Source: Calditrichota bacterium (GTDB lineage Bacteria; Calditrichota; Calditrichia; RBG-13-44-9). Taken from it: DNA of 36,734 nucleotides. Under the pieces are notes generated by a model. The model was not told the origin of the DNA. It did no database searches and saw only the letters and a list, made by a program, of their open reading frames with translations. The position numbers were made by a program, and so were the translations under genes. The stretch lies in contig JAJRXE010000159.1 in the NCBI GenBank assembly GCA_024276455.1, positions 1 through 36,734 of the forward strand, read 5' to 3'. This document shows positions 25,926 to 36,074 of this stretch, in pieces (the first letter of the stretch is position 1; every line of letters starts with the position of its first letter).

Positions 25926-26510
25926 ATGCCCAGAATTCGCACCGGAGACAAAGAGAACGCCATTCTGGATGCGGCCATTCAGCTTTTCTCGGAACAGGGA
26001 TTTAACCAGACCAACATGGATCAGATTTCCCGGCGGGCTGGCATTGCGGTGGGAACGGTTTATCTTTACTTTAAGACCAAGGAGGAAATTCTGAGCGCCA
26101 TTTTCGAACGCTTTCTCAGCGGATACGACCGGGAACTTCAGGAAGCGCTGAGCTCACCCTCTTCGCCGCAAGAAAAAATGAAACGTCTGATTGAAACCGA
26201 CCTGGAAACAATTACCGCCGCTCCCTACCGCGCCCGGCTCTTTCTCGTCGAACTGCGCCAGAGCGCCCACTGCCTGATGTTGATTAAAGAACGACTGATT
26301 GCCCGCTACGAGGAATACCTCCGCCGGTTTTATGCCGCTCGTCCCGGGGAGCTCAAGTTTTCTCTCCGCCTCTCGGCTGTGTTGCTTTCCGGCATGGTGG
26401 AAAATTTACTGTACGATTGGGTTCTGCGCGACGCCGCACCGGTTCGTCCCGGATTAATCGAAGGCATTCTGGAATTGTTTACCAACTCGACATCAGAAAT
26501 AAAAAATTAA
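25926..26510 (+). CDS. TetR/AcrR-family transcriptional regulator
   Basis: N-terminal HTH ILDAAIQLFSEQGFNQTNMDQISRRAGIAVGTVYLYFKTKEEIL. Confidence 0.9.
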   Translation: MPRIRTGDKENAILDAAIQLFSEQGFNQTNMDQISRRAGIAVGTVYLYFKTKEEILSAIFERFLSGYDRELQEALSSPSSPQEKMKRLIETDLETITAAPYRARLFLVELRQSAHCLMLIKERLIARYEEYLRRFYAARPGELKFSLRLSAVLLSGMVENLLYDWVLRDAAPVRPGLIEGILELFTNSTSEIKN

Positions 26511-26531
26511 CCCCAATACAGGAGTCCCTCA

Positions 26532-28517
26532 ATGAAGTCCCGATTCCATTTCCTTTTGAGTGCAATTCTCTTGCTTTTTTTGCTAAGTCTTACCACCCGC
26601 AGCCTTGCCTTTGAAGCGTTGCTGGGATTTAAAGATATGTTTCGGGTGAAACAGCTCCAGTCGCCCCGGCTTTCGCCGGACGGGAAAATGATGGTAGTGG
26701 CCGTGCAGGAAGCGGACACCACCGCCGACGAATGGATTTCCAATCTGTGGTTGGTGGCCCTTGAAAACGGAACGGCGAAACAGATTACGCGCGGACACAA
26801 AAGTGCCCATCACGCCCGCTGGTACCCGGAGGGTAAGTACATCGCCTTCCTGAAAAAGGAAGAAAAATTCAACAACATTTATCTGGTTTCGCCCCAGGGA
26901 GAGGCGCCCCACCGTCTTTTCAGCTTTGCAGCGGACATTAAGGATTTCCGATTTCACCCGGACGGACGATCCGTTTATTTTCTGGCGCCGGATACCGGTT
27001 TGGCCAAAACCGAAGAGCAAAAAGAGCCCTATTTTGTCGACGAAAATTACCACCAGGTCCACCTCTGGATTTACCGCCTGGAAAGCAAACGCCTGGAAAA
27101 GCTCACAGACAACGACTTCTCGGTGTGGGAATTTTCCATTTCGCCGGACGGGCAGCAAATCGCCTTCACGGCAGCACCCACCCCTCTGATGAACGATTAC
27201 CCCAACATTGAACTTTACCTTTTCAACATTGCCCAAAACACGGTGCAACAGCTCACCCAGAACCACATCACCGAACGGTCGGTGACCTGGTCGCCGGACG
27301 GGCGCTATTTGAGTTTTCTCTCCGCCGCCAACAGCCAGCTGCAGCCCTACTACCAGGATTCCATTTTCCTCCTGAATCTGGCTACCCACGGCATATCGGA
27401 CTTATTGCCCGACTTTCGCTACCAGGTACTGGATTTTTTCTGGACCCGCCGGGGGAAGTATATTTACTTCATCGCCAATACCGGCGTCAACACCCAATTT
27501 TTCCGACTGAACCGCAATGCCGGTGGGGTTAAACAACTAACCCACGACACCCAGGATATTAAACATCTGCACTATTTGCCCGCCCGCGACTGGTTGGTGT
27601 ACCTGCAATCCACCCCGGTGCGTCCCTTCGAGGTGTTTGGAGGGAAACTAAAACGCTTACCGGGCACCCAGCTTACCCATTTAAATCAGTGGCTGGACCA
27701 ATTTATTAAAGCCCGATATGAGACCGTGCACTGGGTAAGCTCCGACGGCTACCGGGCAGAGGGGATTCTTCTTCTTCCGGCCATGCCCAACAAAACACCC
27801 TACCCGCTGGTGGTTCAACTGCACGGGGGACCGGCTTCTTCCTTTCGTAATCGTTTTGCCTTCAGCTGGACGACGTACGCCCAGGTGTGGTCCAGCCAGG
27901 GCTACGCCGTGTTTCAACCGAACTACCGGGGGAGCACCGGGTACGGCGACGAAGTCATGCGGGCTATTATCGGACACTATTTTGAGAAAGATATCGACGA
28001 CATTATCACCGGGGTCGATTACCTGATTAACCAGAACCTTGCCGATCCCGAGCACCTGGCGGTTATGGGCTGGAGCGCCGGCGGACACCTGACCAACTGG
28101 CTGGTGACCCACACTCAGCGTTTTAAAGCTGCCTGTTCCGGAGCCGGGGGCGCCAATTGGTTCTCTTTTTACGCCCAGACCGACGTACGCTTCATCCGGG
28201 AAATCTGGCACCTGGGGCCCCCTTACACCCGTAATGAATATTACATGCGTAAATCGCCGGTAAGTTACGTAAAACAGGCCAAGACACCCACCCTGATTCT
28301 CTGCGGCGAGAACGACCGCCGGGTACCCTTCCCCCAGAGCCTGGAAATGTACCGCGGCTTACAACGCTTCGGTTGCGAAACCCGGCTGGTGGCTTTTCCG
28401 AAAGAGGGGCATGGACTGAAAAAAATCAGTCATCAGCTCTACAAAATGCGGATCGAGTTCAACTGGATTGAAGAGCATCTTTTCGACCGCTCTTGGAAAC
28501 TGGAAGAGCTGGAATGA
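26532..28517 (+). CDS. Secreted S9-family serine peptidase (beta-propeller + alpha/beta hydrolase; prolyl oligopeptidase / acylaminoacyl-peptidase type)
   Basis: Signal peptide, WSPDG-type propeller repeats, the nucleophile motif GWSAGGHL, then GENDRRVP (Asp) and EGHGL (His). SD AGGAG. Confidence 0.9.
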   Translation: MKSRFHFLLSAILLLFLLSLTTRSLAFEALLGFKDMFRVKQLQSPRLSPDGKMMVVAVQEADTTADEWISNLWLVALENGTAKQITRGHKSAHHARWYPEGKYIAFLKKEEKFNNIYLVSPQGEAPHRLFSFAADIKDFRFHPDGRSVYFLAPDTGLAKTEEQKEPYFVDENYHQVHLWIYRLESKRLEKLTDNDFSVWEFSISPDGQQIAFTAAPTPLMNDYPNIELYLFNIAQNTVQQLTQNHITERSVTWSPDGRYLSFLSAANSQLQPYYQDSIFLLNLATHGISDLLPDFRYQVLDFFWTRRGKYIYFIANTGVNTQFFRLNRNAGGVKQLTHDTQDIKHLHYLPARDWLVYLQSTPVRPFEVFGGKLKRLPGTQLTHLNQWLDQFIKARYETVHWVSSDGYRAEGILLLPAMPNKTPYPLVVQLHGGPASSFRNRFAFSWTTYAQVWSSQGYAVFQPNYRGSTGYGDEVMRAIIGHYFEKDIDDIITGVDYLINQNLADPEHLAVMGWSAGGHLTNWLVTHTQRFKAACSGAGGANWFSFYAQTDVRFIREIWHLGPPYTRNEYYMRKSPVSYVKQAKTPTLILCGENDRRVPFPQSLEMYRGLQRFGCETRLVAFPKEGHGLKKISHQLYKMRIEFNWIEEHLFDRSWKLEELE

Positions 28518-28608
28518 ACCGGACAAAGAATAATTGCTCCCGGACGATTACGTCTTGGTAATTCGGTTAGAAATTTTTAACTTATACGGGTCAAAAAAGG
28601 AATCAAAC

Positions 28609-29676
28609 ATGTTAATCACGGACATGGACACGTTAAAATCCAAAACCGACCAGCAAACTCTGAAAGAGAAATTAAAAAAATATTTTCGCATCCGGGAAAT
28701 CTCGTTAACTCCGCTGGAAGACGGCGCCTCATTTCGCCGCTTCTTCGAAGTGACTCTGGGAGATAATCAGTACTTTCCGGGACGGACGGTGATTCTCATG
28801 CTGGTTCCCACCGACCACCTGCAGACGGCTGACGACTACATGAACATCAGCTACTACCTGCGACGCCACGAGATTTCTCGTCCCCGTCTGTTTGAGATCA
28901 ACCGCACCGAGGGGTGGATTTTCCTGGAAAAAGCCCGGGGAATTCCGCTGGATGAATTTTTTAAAGATCCGGCCAATCAGGACAAAAAAGAGCCCATCTA
29001 CTTTGCCCTCATTCATTTTTTAAACGATTTGCAGGAAAAAGCCAAGCCGGAGAAACACTGTCCGGCATTTCGCCGTTTTTTCGACTATCCCAAGTACATG
29101 GAGGAGTTTCACATTTACGTGCGCCAACAATTGTTCGAGCAGCACTTCGGTCATCATCTTAGCAAAACAGAAGAGAAAATCTTTCAAGACGCCGCGCGGG
29201 AAATCAGCCGCGTCCTGGACGCCAAACATCCCATCTTTGTCCATCGAGATTTCCAGAGCAGCAACATTTTTTACAACCCTCAGGATCAAGAAAATCCTTT
29301 CCAGATCATCGATTTCCAGGACGCCCGCAGTGGCACCCCAATCTACGATCTAGTCTCTCTATTGTGGGATTCCTATGTCGATCTTTCGGAAGCGTTGCGG
29401 GAGCGGTTAGTGGACTATTTTTACCGCCATTCTCTACACGTCTCCTCCCTTTATTCCCGCGGGGATTACGCGAAACAGGTGGATTACACGGTTATTCAAC
29501 GTAAACTACACGATGCCGGAGCATTTGCCCGGGCGTACCACACCCAGAAAAAGGAAAAATTTCTCCGTTACATCACCCACGCGGTTCAAATGGCCTTGCA
29601 AGCAGGAGAAAAATATCCGGCCTTCCGGCAATTTAACCAATTTATTTCCGACATTACAGGGGTCACCCATGGCTAA
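28609..29676 (+). CDS. Aminoglycoside-phosphotransferase-fold sugar kinase, AmgK-like (MurNAc/GlcNAc anomeric kinase family)
   Basis: The catalytic region VHRDFQSSNIFY...IIDFQDARSGTPIYDLVSLLWDSYV closely follows the AmgK pattern HRDxHSRN...IDFQDAxxGPxxYDLxSLLxD. I chose the start at ATG 28609 (AGGA SD). The ORF is open from 28534. Confidence 0.75.
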   Translation: MLITDMDTLKSKTDQQTLKEKLKKYFRIREISLTPLEDGASFRRFFEVTLGDNQYFPGRTVILMLVPTDHLQTADDYMNISYYLRRHEISRPRLFEINRTEGWIFLEKARGIPLDEFFKDPANQDKKEPIYFALIHFLNDLQEKAKPEKHCPAFRRFFDYPKYMEEFHIYVRQQLFEQHFGHHLSKTEEKIFQDAAREISRVLDAKHPIFVHRDFQSSNIFYNPQDQENPFQIIDFQDARSGTPIYDLVSLLWDSYVDLSEALRERLVDYFYRHSLHVSSLYSRGDYAKQVDYTVIQRKLHDAGAFARAYHTQKKEKFLRYITHAVQMALQAGEKYPAFRQFNQFISDITGVTHG

Positions 29677-30559
29677 AATCGTTGTTTTCCAGTTGGAAGA
29701 TGTCATTCTTAATGAAGATTTACTGATTCTGAAATATTTCGAAATTCTCTGGTTCTACCTGCGGCGTTACTCTCCGGATTGGAGCGATTTTCGCAAAATC
29801 ATCGAGACCCACGAAACCTTACTGCGCAAAAAAGAAGACACGAATTCCTATTTTTCCATTGCCAAACAACACCTGACCGAGCGCGATTACGCCAATTTTA
29901 TTGACGAATTGAACCATTTTACCAAACGTTACTACTCCAAGTATGTCCACCCGGTACCCGCCATTAATTACGTGCTCCATTCTGCGAGACGTTCGAACAA
30001 AATCTGCCTCTTAATCGAACAGCAAGCCCACCTGGATTGGGCTAAGCGGATTTTTAATTTGAAAGATTTTTTCTGGGAGATCATGGTTGCTCACCCGCAA
30101 CGTTCCTTGCTGGCTTTGTTGGATTCTTTTCTGCAGAAAAACCAACTGCATCCCACTGAAGTTACCCTGGTCAGCAACCGAATCCGCCAGGCGGTGGTGC
30201 CCGCCACCAATCTGGGCGTTTTTTCCATTGTCCCCATTTACGAAGCCAACACCAAGGGATTCCTCCCTCAACAATATTCCGAGCGGATATTTTTTGAATC
30301 GCAATCCCGTTTCAATGAATACATGAAGAAAAAAATCCAAAAATCGGGCCTCCACTGCACGGTGGTCTCCACTCCCTCGGAAATTTTACAGGAAATTGAC
30401 AAACAGCACACCATCGGGAACATGCCGGTGCAAACGCCCAAACAAGAAGAAGAAATCGACATCTGGCAAATTCTCAAGGAAGCATTTTTACCTTCCTTCG
30501 AAGAACCGGAAAAGAAGCCGCCTACGGAAAACTCTCCCGGCCAAAAAGAAGGCTTCTAA
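29669..30559 (+). CDS. Hypothetical protein, possibly a degenerate HAD-like fold with an acidic/Pro-rich tail
   Basis: The start ATG 29669 overlaps the kinase stop (ATGGCTAA). The N-terminus IVVFQLEDVIL resembles HAD motif I (hhhDxDxTL), but both Asp residues are replaced (Q, E). The fold assignment is weak. Confidence 0.55.
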   Translation: MAKIVVFQLEDVILNEDLLILKYFEILWFYLRRYSPDWSDFRKIIETHETLLRKKEDTNSYFSIAKQHLTERDYANFIDELNHFTKRYYSKYVHPVPAINYVLHSARRSNKICLLIEQQAHLDWAKRIFNLKDFFWEIMVAHPQRSLLALLDSFLQKNQLHPTEVTLVSNRIRQAVVPATNLGVFSIVPIYEANTKGFLPQQYSERIFFESQSRFNEYMKKKIQKSGLHCTVVSTPSEILQEIDKQHTIGNMPVQTPKQEEEIDIWQILKEAFLPSFEEPEKKPPTENSPGQKEGF

Positions 30560-30604
30560 AAGAAGAAGGAAGAAACCGGCAGACGTATCTTCTGCCTCAA
30601 CGGG

Positions 30605-30645
30605 CCTAAAAAAAGCGCGTGGAAGATTCGACGCGCTTAATTATT
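30605..30645. terminator. Bidirectional intrinsic terminator between convergent genes
   Basis: Stem AGCGCGT (30614-30620) / ACGCGCT (30631-30637), with an A7 run upstream (a U-run for the minus-strand TPR transcript) and TAATTATT downstream. Confidence 0.7.
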
Positions 30646-30715
30646 CGGCTATTTAAGGAGAGTGATTCTCTTCAAATGATTTCTGAGTCCCCCGCTTTCC
30701 AGAGCAAACCACCAA

Positions 30716-32566
30716 TCAGAGCTTTTTCCGCTGGGTACGCAACGATTTTAAAGCCTGCATGGCCTGTTGATTGCGAGGATCGATTTGCACAATTTCCTGG
30801 TAATATTTTTCCGCCTGTTTCCAGCGTCCCAGGCTGCTGAAGATTCGCCCCAAAACCAGCAGCGTGTTTGTATCGCGGGGATTTAGATCGTAGCGGGTCA
30901 GGTACTCCTGTAACACATCTTCCACAATATTAATGTAACGATATTCCTCTCCCAGGCGGGGATTATCCGCAAAATAGGAAGGCTCGATCTTTACCACTTC
31001 TTTGAATTCCTTCAGTGCTTCGTCGTAACGCTTTTCTTTTTCGTAGAGACGGCCCAGGCGCATGTGAGCCCGCACTAAATTGGGATTTACCTCCAGCGTC
31101 TTTTTGTAAAAATATTCCGCGCTGTCGGGCCGACCGATGTTCTCGTAGGTTAAAGCCAGATTGTAAGCCGCTTCGAAGAATCGCGGCTCATAATGCAGCG
31201 CTTTGCGGTAAGCACGAATCATGGTATTGTACACATCCGCCGAACGGCCGGTAAAATTCTTCCGCAGCTGACGAATGTCGTTCACCAATTTCAGATTTTC
31301 CGGCGAACTCTGGTCCTGGGAGTAACGGGTTTCCAGAATCTCCAAGTAAGCATCCACAATTTCTTCCAGAGCGCCTTTTTTGTAGTAGGTATTTCCCAGA
31401 TTAAAATAGGCCGTGGAGTAATCCTTTTTTAATTCCACCGCTTTCTGGTATTCCGAAATGGCATCGTCGAACCGCTGAAGGCGGTAATAACTCTCGCCCA
31501 GTAGATTGTGGGCCTGGTAATTTTGCGGATTGAGCTGAATACATTTCTTGAGCTGTTGAATAGCCGTTTTGTACCACTCCCGACGCATATTTGCCCGCGC
31601 CAATTGAAAATAGGTGGGTGCATAGTTGGGATTCAACTCCAGAGACTTCATTAAATAATCTATTCCCTTCTCCAGGGAATCTAATCGCAGGTACACCCGC
31701 CCCAGATAGTATAGAGAACGGTCGTGCTTGGGATTTAAAGCCAGCACCTTGTTGAACTGCCGGATCGCTTCGGCATTGTCTCTTTTCAGATAATAAATAA
31801 TTCCCATGCCGAAATAGGGTTTGTAAAAACGGGGGTTTTTCTGGCTTACCGTCTTAAATTGCGCCAGGGCTTCCTCGTAGCGATCGAAATTGTAATAGAT
31901 CACTCCCAGATTGTATTGCGCTTCCCAGAAGTTGGGGTCTTGCTCGATGGCCAGGGTAAAAAAACGGGCCACCGCATCCATGCTGGCTCCCCGACTCAAT
32001 TCCATGTAAGCCTTACAATAATACTCAAATGCTTTAATAGAATTGGTGGAACGGGTCATTAACATTTTTTGGTCGTTCGCTGTGAGGGGGATAGCCAGCG
32101 ATTTCAATATTTCACTCAGCGCCCGCTCGTGAATTTGAAAAATGTCCGCCAGCGGTCCGCGGAATTCCTGCAAATAAATGTCCGCCCCGGTGTAAGTGCT
32201 AATAACCCGAAAGGTCTGAAACAACTTACCGTCAATAACCCGATACTTACCGGCGATGATGATTTCCGTACCGGTATCTCGCCCCAGCTTAAAGGCCTTT
32301 TTGACCGTCAAATCCTGGCTATCTTTTATCTGTACTTCCTTCAGATAGCGGTCCAGAGTCACCTTTTCGAATACGGTCAGATTTTGAAGGTTGGTCAATT
32401 TGTCGTACAGAATTTCTTCGATTCCCCGGGCAACCCAATCGTAGGCCACCGGCCCATCGTTGGTAAACGGAACAATCGCAATAATTCGCTGTTCTTGAGC
32501 CAGAGCCGGGATGCTAATAAAGGAAAGAAAAAAAAGTAGAAAAATGTTTATCCTAAAAAACCGCAT
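30716..32566 (-). CDS. Secreted TPR-repeat protein with an N-terminal TolB-N/LpoB-like domain
   Basis: Signal peptide MRFFRINIFLLFFLSFISIPALAQ. N-terminal domain IAIVPFTNDGPVAYDWVARGIEE. This is followed by more than 10 TPR-like repeats (recurring A..YN.G..Y...y.eAi..f.kal.l.P). Confidence 0.85.
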   Translation of the reverse strand: MRFFRINIFLLFFLSFISIPALAQEQRIIAIVPFTNDGPVAYDWVARGIEEILYDKLTNLQNLTVFEKVTLDRYLKEVQIKDSQDLTVKKAFKLGRDTGTEIIIAGKYRVIDGKLFQTFRVISTYTGADIYLQEFRGPLADIFQIHERALSEILKSLAIPLTANDQKMLMTRSTNSIKAFEYYCKAYMELSRGASMDAVARFFTLAIEQDPNFWEAQYNLGVIYYNFDRYEEALAQFKTVSQKNPRFYKPYFGMGIIYYLKRDNAEAIRQFNKVLALNPKHDRSLYYLGRVYLRLDSLEKGIDYLMKSLELNPNYAPTYFQLARANMRREWYKTAIQQLKKCIQLNPQNYQAHNLLGESYYRLQRFDDAISEYQKAVELKKDYSTAYFNLGNTYYKKGALEEIVDAYLEILETRYSQDQSSPENLKLVNDIRQLRKNFTGRSADVYNTMIRAYRKALHYEPRFFEAAYNLALTYENIGRPDSAEYFYKKTLEVNPNLVRAHMRLGRLYEKEKRYDEALKEFKEVVKIEPSYFADNPRLGEEYRYINIVEDVLQEYLTRYDLNPRDTNTLLVLGRIFSSLGRWKQAEKYYQEIVQIDPRNQQAMQALKSLRTQRKKL

Positions 32567-33007
32567 GGAAAAATAAATCCCTCATTCAGTTTAAATGTAA
32601 AATCTCGTCTTTTAAAAATCGAAACATTCTCCTAAAACTTTACCTATTCGGAAGAAAATTCAAGCATTCATTTTTCACGACGCAAAGAATTTAAAGCATA
32701 TCAAATTTAACAGAAAAAAATCTGAATGCAACTATATTACATCTGCACGGAGCAGGAATTTCCACCCACCTTTTTCTGACCAATTCCAGAGAAACTCAGG
32801 GGGCCTCCAGCCAGATTGTAATTTCAAGATTATTCGCAGAACTTCTTCTCCAGCTCCCGGTTTAAACCAGACCACAAACACCCCAAATGTTGCCTCTTCG
32901 TTGTAGTTAGTTTGATTTAACGTTATTTAACAGCCGGCAGTTCCTCCGGGGACCAATATTTTCTAACCGTTTTGGGTGAATCATCTTTTCGAAAGGTGCC
33001 CGTTTTG

Positions 33008-33040
33008 GGTAAAGAAAAAGCCCGGTTAACACCGGGCTTT
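33008..33040 (-). terminator. Intrinsic terminator of the fadL-like / SGNH operon
   Basis: Stem AAAGCCCGG (33017-33025) / CCGGGCTTT (33032-33040). On the minus strand it is followed by TTTTTCTTT. Confidence 0.85.
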
Positions 33041-33069
33041 TATCACTTAATACTGAATTTTTATTTAGG

Positions 33070-34572
33070 CTAATTTAGGTTCACCGGGAACAATTTCTTC
33101 ACCTGTTCCACCGCCTTCAAAGCCAGGTGAATCTTACCAGCGCCCGCGTATTGCCCTTTGTACTGCTCGACATTCACGGCAGGAATGCTAAGGCCGAAGT
33201 TCTGATTGATTACTTTGATGAACTCATTCGCTAACATAGCATAACCGGCATTGTTAGGATGTACTCCATCCAGACTGAAGGCAGTATTTTGCGGATCGAG
33301 CAGAACGTAATAACCGCTTAAGCCTTCATACCCACCAGCAGAGTTTAACTGGGAAAGTATCGCATTGTCATCCACTATCGGCACCTGAAATTGTTGAGAC
33401 AAGGAAGCAATGATGCTATTAAAATCGTCCACAGCTTGCTTAATGGTAGCGGACTCGTCCACCGTCAGGGTCATATCGCCGGGAATCGGTGTACCGCTGG
33501 GGGTGAGCCCAGCCGCAACCATGCCCGCCTGCAATTGGGCAGCCAGAGCCGGGGGGAAACCAAATACGGTGACCATGGCAGCCGAATCCGGAACACCCAA
33601 ACCTGTGTCTTTGTAAGCACTCAGTGCCGGTAATAACACATGGGCCACATTGGTTTCGGCGGTCAACAGAGGCAGATACAGGGGACGACCCAGCGTATCC
33701 ACATCGAACACCACCGGTTGTAAATTCGCATCAAACACCACCGGCACCGGAGAGGTAATGCCCAACCGTTCAATCGGGCGGAAAATCATATCCAGGGTGT
33801 TCACATAGGGGATGTCTGTTACGTAAGGAATGTTTGCCATGACCACTGCCGTATGGGGCAGCTCGGAGCGGATTTGTTGCAAGAGGGTGGTAAAGTCTGC
33901 CTGGAACTCATCCTTGGGGGTAATCGTTACCCCGATAATTGCCGTTCCGTACAGCGCAGCGCCCAGCACGTCGTTGTTCCCTGCCCAGAGCAACAACAGG
34001 CTGGGATTTAACAAAATGGCCTGCTCCACCATGGTCATGTTACCAAAAGTGGGATTCCGGAGAATAAAGCTGTAAAACGAATTGTCCGGATTGGACGAAG
34101 AGGCCGGGTCGGTGGCTTCCAGCACGTCTTTCAGTTTGGCACCCGGCACCGCCAGGTCATCGTAAGGCCGGGGCAAATTCAGGTTGCTTAACAAGCCCAA
34201 CACATTACTTGCGGGATACACATCGTATTTAATCTCACCGGTGGCCGGATCCAGATACAAAGGAGTGGAAACGGTTGTCGGGTCATCGGTGTCGGTGGTT
34301 CCCACTCCGGGCGCTTCTACCCAGGGCATCTGGAATTCGTCTGCCTTACCGATTTGCTGCGCAATGTAATACGGATAGCTATGTTTTTGAAATTCTTTCA
34401 TCAAGCCGGAGGATTGAAAACCTGCCGTAAGGCTGTTTCCAACCGCAGCGATCTTGCGAAGCACCAGCTGGTTTTTAACGATATTCAAGGAGGCTTGTGA
34501 GGGCGCATTGGCCTCACACCCCAAGAAAATCAGAATACCCAGCAACAGTAAAAACGCTACTACTTTTTTCAT
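33070..34572 (-). CDS. SGNH/GDSL-family hydrolase lipoprotein (lipase/esterase-like)
   Basis: Lipobox LIFLGC. SGNH blocks: AAVGNSLTAG (block I Ser), WAGNNDVLG (block III) and DGVHPNNAGY (block V Asp/His). SD AGGAG. Confidence 0.85.
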   Translation of the reverse strand: MKKVVAFLLLLGILIFLGCEANAPSQASLNIVKNQLVLRKIAAVGNSLTAGFQSSGLMKEFQKHSYPYYIAQQIGKADEFQMPWVEAPGVGTTDTDDPTTVSTPLYLDPATGEIKYDVYPASNVLGLLSNLNLPRPYDDLAVPGAKLKDVLEATDPASSSNPDNSFYSFILRNPTFGNMTMVEQAILLNPSLLLLWAGNNDVLGAALYGTAIIGVTITPKDEFQADFTTLLQQIRSELPHTAVVMANIPYVTDIPYVNTLDMIFRPIERLGITSPVPVVFDANLQPVVFDVDTLGRPLYLPLLTAETNVAHVLLPALSAYKDTGLGVPDSAAMVTVFGFPPALAAQLQAGMVAAGLTPSGTPIPGDMTLTVDESATIKQAVDDFNSIIASLSQQFQVPIVDDNAILSQLNSAGGYEGLSGYYVLLDPQNTAFSLDGVHPNNAGYAMLANEFIKVINQNFGLSIPAVNVEQYKGQYAGAGKIHLALKAVEQVKKLFPVNLN

Positions 34573-34605
34573 AATCTATCTCCTGAGATTTTTTCCCTAA
34601 TTTTG

Positions 34606-35868
34606 TTAGAAAGAGTAACCAAAACTAAACATGAAGAGATGGGCGAGGCCGGTATACGTACCGTTGAAATCGTCGAAGTGCTTTCCCTCGCCATTGACCA
34701 CGGTGCTGCGTTCGCCAAAATCGACCAGCATGTAACCGAAGTCTAACTGCACCTTGCCCAGATTGTAACCCAAACCAAGGGTGTAATCGTTGCGCGTATT
34801 ATCCGGCAACAGCGGACTCATGGATTCGCGCGGCTGGGGGGTCTGATCGTAAATGTAACCCGCCCGGAATTCCAATTTATCGGTTAAATCATAGTGCAAC
34901 CCCAACCGGAAGGTGGAAGAATTGGAATACTCCTCCCGCACCGTGGTGTTCAAATCTTCGTTATCGAAGGAGATGACCAACTTGTCGAAAACATCCCATT
35001 TGGTCCACATGTAGTCAAATTCCAATCCCAGCCTGTCGGTAATCATGTAATGAGCGCCTACCGACAGGAAAGCCGGATAGGTAATTTCCGTGCCGCCCTT
35101 CTGGTCCACAATACCAGCGGTCTGCTCCAAAAAGGTTTTGTAATATTTGTCGTAAATGGTGAAATCCGCATCCCCGTCAAATTCGTTCTTTACACTGTGA
35201 CGATAGAGGAAGCCCAGCGACAGTTTCTCCATTTTGTAGAGAATACTGGCGGAGAAACCGAAAGAGACCTTGGAGTTACCGGAGAGGGTCAATTCCCCAA
35301 CTTCGGTTCCGGGATGGGAATCTTCCGGGAACAAAATGTTGCGGGTGAGGCTCACCGTCGAATACACGATGTCCACTCCACCGCCAATGCTCAGTCCCGG
35401 AGTGACCTGATAAGCAATCACCGGAGAGAAATAAAAGCTTTTCAGATCAACATCCTTAGAGACCACCCGTCCCGGGAAATCATCGCTCCACTTCAATCCT
35501 AGACCAAAGGGGTTAGTAACTCCCAGACCAACGGCGAATTTTTCCGAAAGACGATGGGTTAAATACACACCAATTGGAGTATGAATTTGACTTTCCGATG
35601 TAAAAACCTCATCCGAATAAAGCGGTGCTGGTCCAACCCACTTATTAGATGCCGTAATAATCGTCACTCCCCCGTAGAACTGTGTTCCTTTCAGATAAAC
35701 AATTCCGGCCGGATTGTAGAATACCGAAGAAGCATCGTAGGCCTGAGCGACAACCGCTCCACCCAGCGTCGATGCTCTAGCCCCAAATTCGTACAATCCA
35801 AACCCCGCTCCAAAACTAAGAGAAAAAGACAGGAGCAGCAACATGATAATTAGTAACTCCTTACGCAT
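34606..35868 (-). CDS. FadL/OmpP1/TodX-family outer-membrane transporter for hydrophobic compounds
   Basis: Signal peptide, then GAGFGLYEFGARASTLGGAVVAQAYDASSVFYNPAG (the family N-terminal hatch motif). Terminal strand FMFSFGYSF ending in Phe. SD AGGAGG. Confidence 0.85.
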   Translation of the reverse strand: MRKELLIIMLLLLSFSLSFGAGFGLYEFGARASTLGGAVVAQAYDASSVFYNPAGIVYLKGTQFYGGVTIITASNKWVGPAPLYSDEVFTSESQIHTPIGVYLTHRLSEKFAVGLGVTNPFGLGLKWSDDFPGRVVSKDVDLKSFYFSPVIAYQVTPGLSIGGGVDIVYSTVSLTRNILFPEDSHPGTEVGELTLSGNSKVSFGFSASILYKMEKLSLGFLYRHSVKNEFDGDADFTIYDKYYKTFLEQTAGIVDQKGGTEITYPAFLSVGAHYMITDRLGLEFDYMWTKWDVFDKLVISFDNEDLNTTVREEYSNSSTFRLGLHYDLTDKLEFRAGYIYDQTPQPRESMSPLLPDNTRNDYTLGLGYNLGKVQLDFGYMLVDFGERSTVVNGEGKHFDDFNGTYTGLAHLFMFSFGYSF

Positions 35869-36074
35869 AGAACCTCCTAATAATTTGGCCTTATAAGTGA
35901 ATTAAAATACAATATTTATGTAAATAACCACAGATGAGTATAAAAAAAATATCTCAAAAAGGCAAGATAAAAATGAGCCGTATTCAGTTATTTAAAAATT
36001 TTTTTCCGTCCAAAAGTTGGAGATTTTTGCCGAAAAGTTTAAATTTTATCTGAAACCAATAAAGGAGACTCAAC

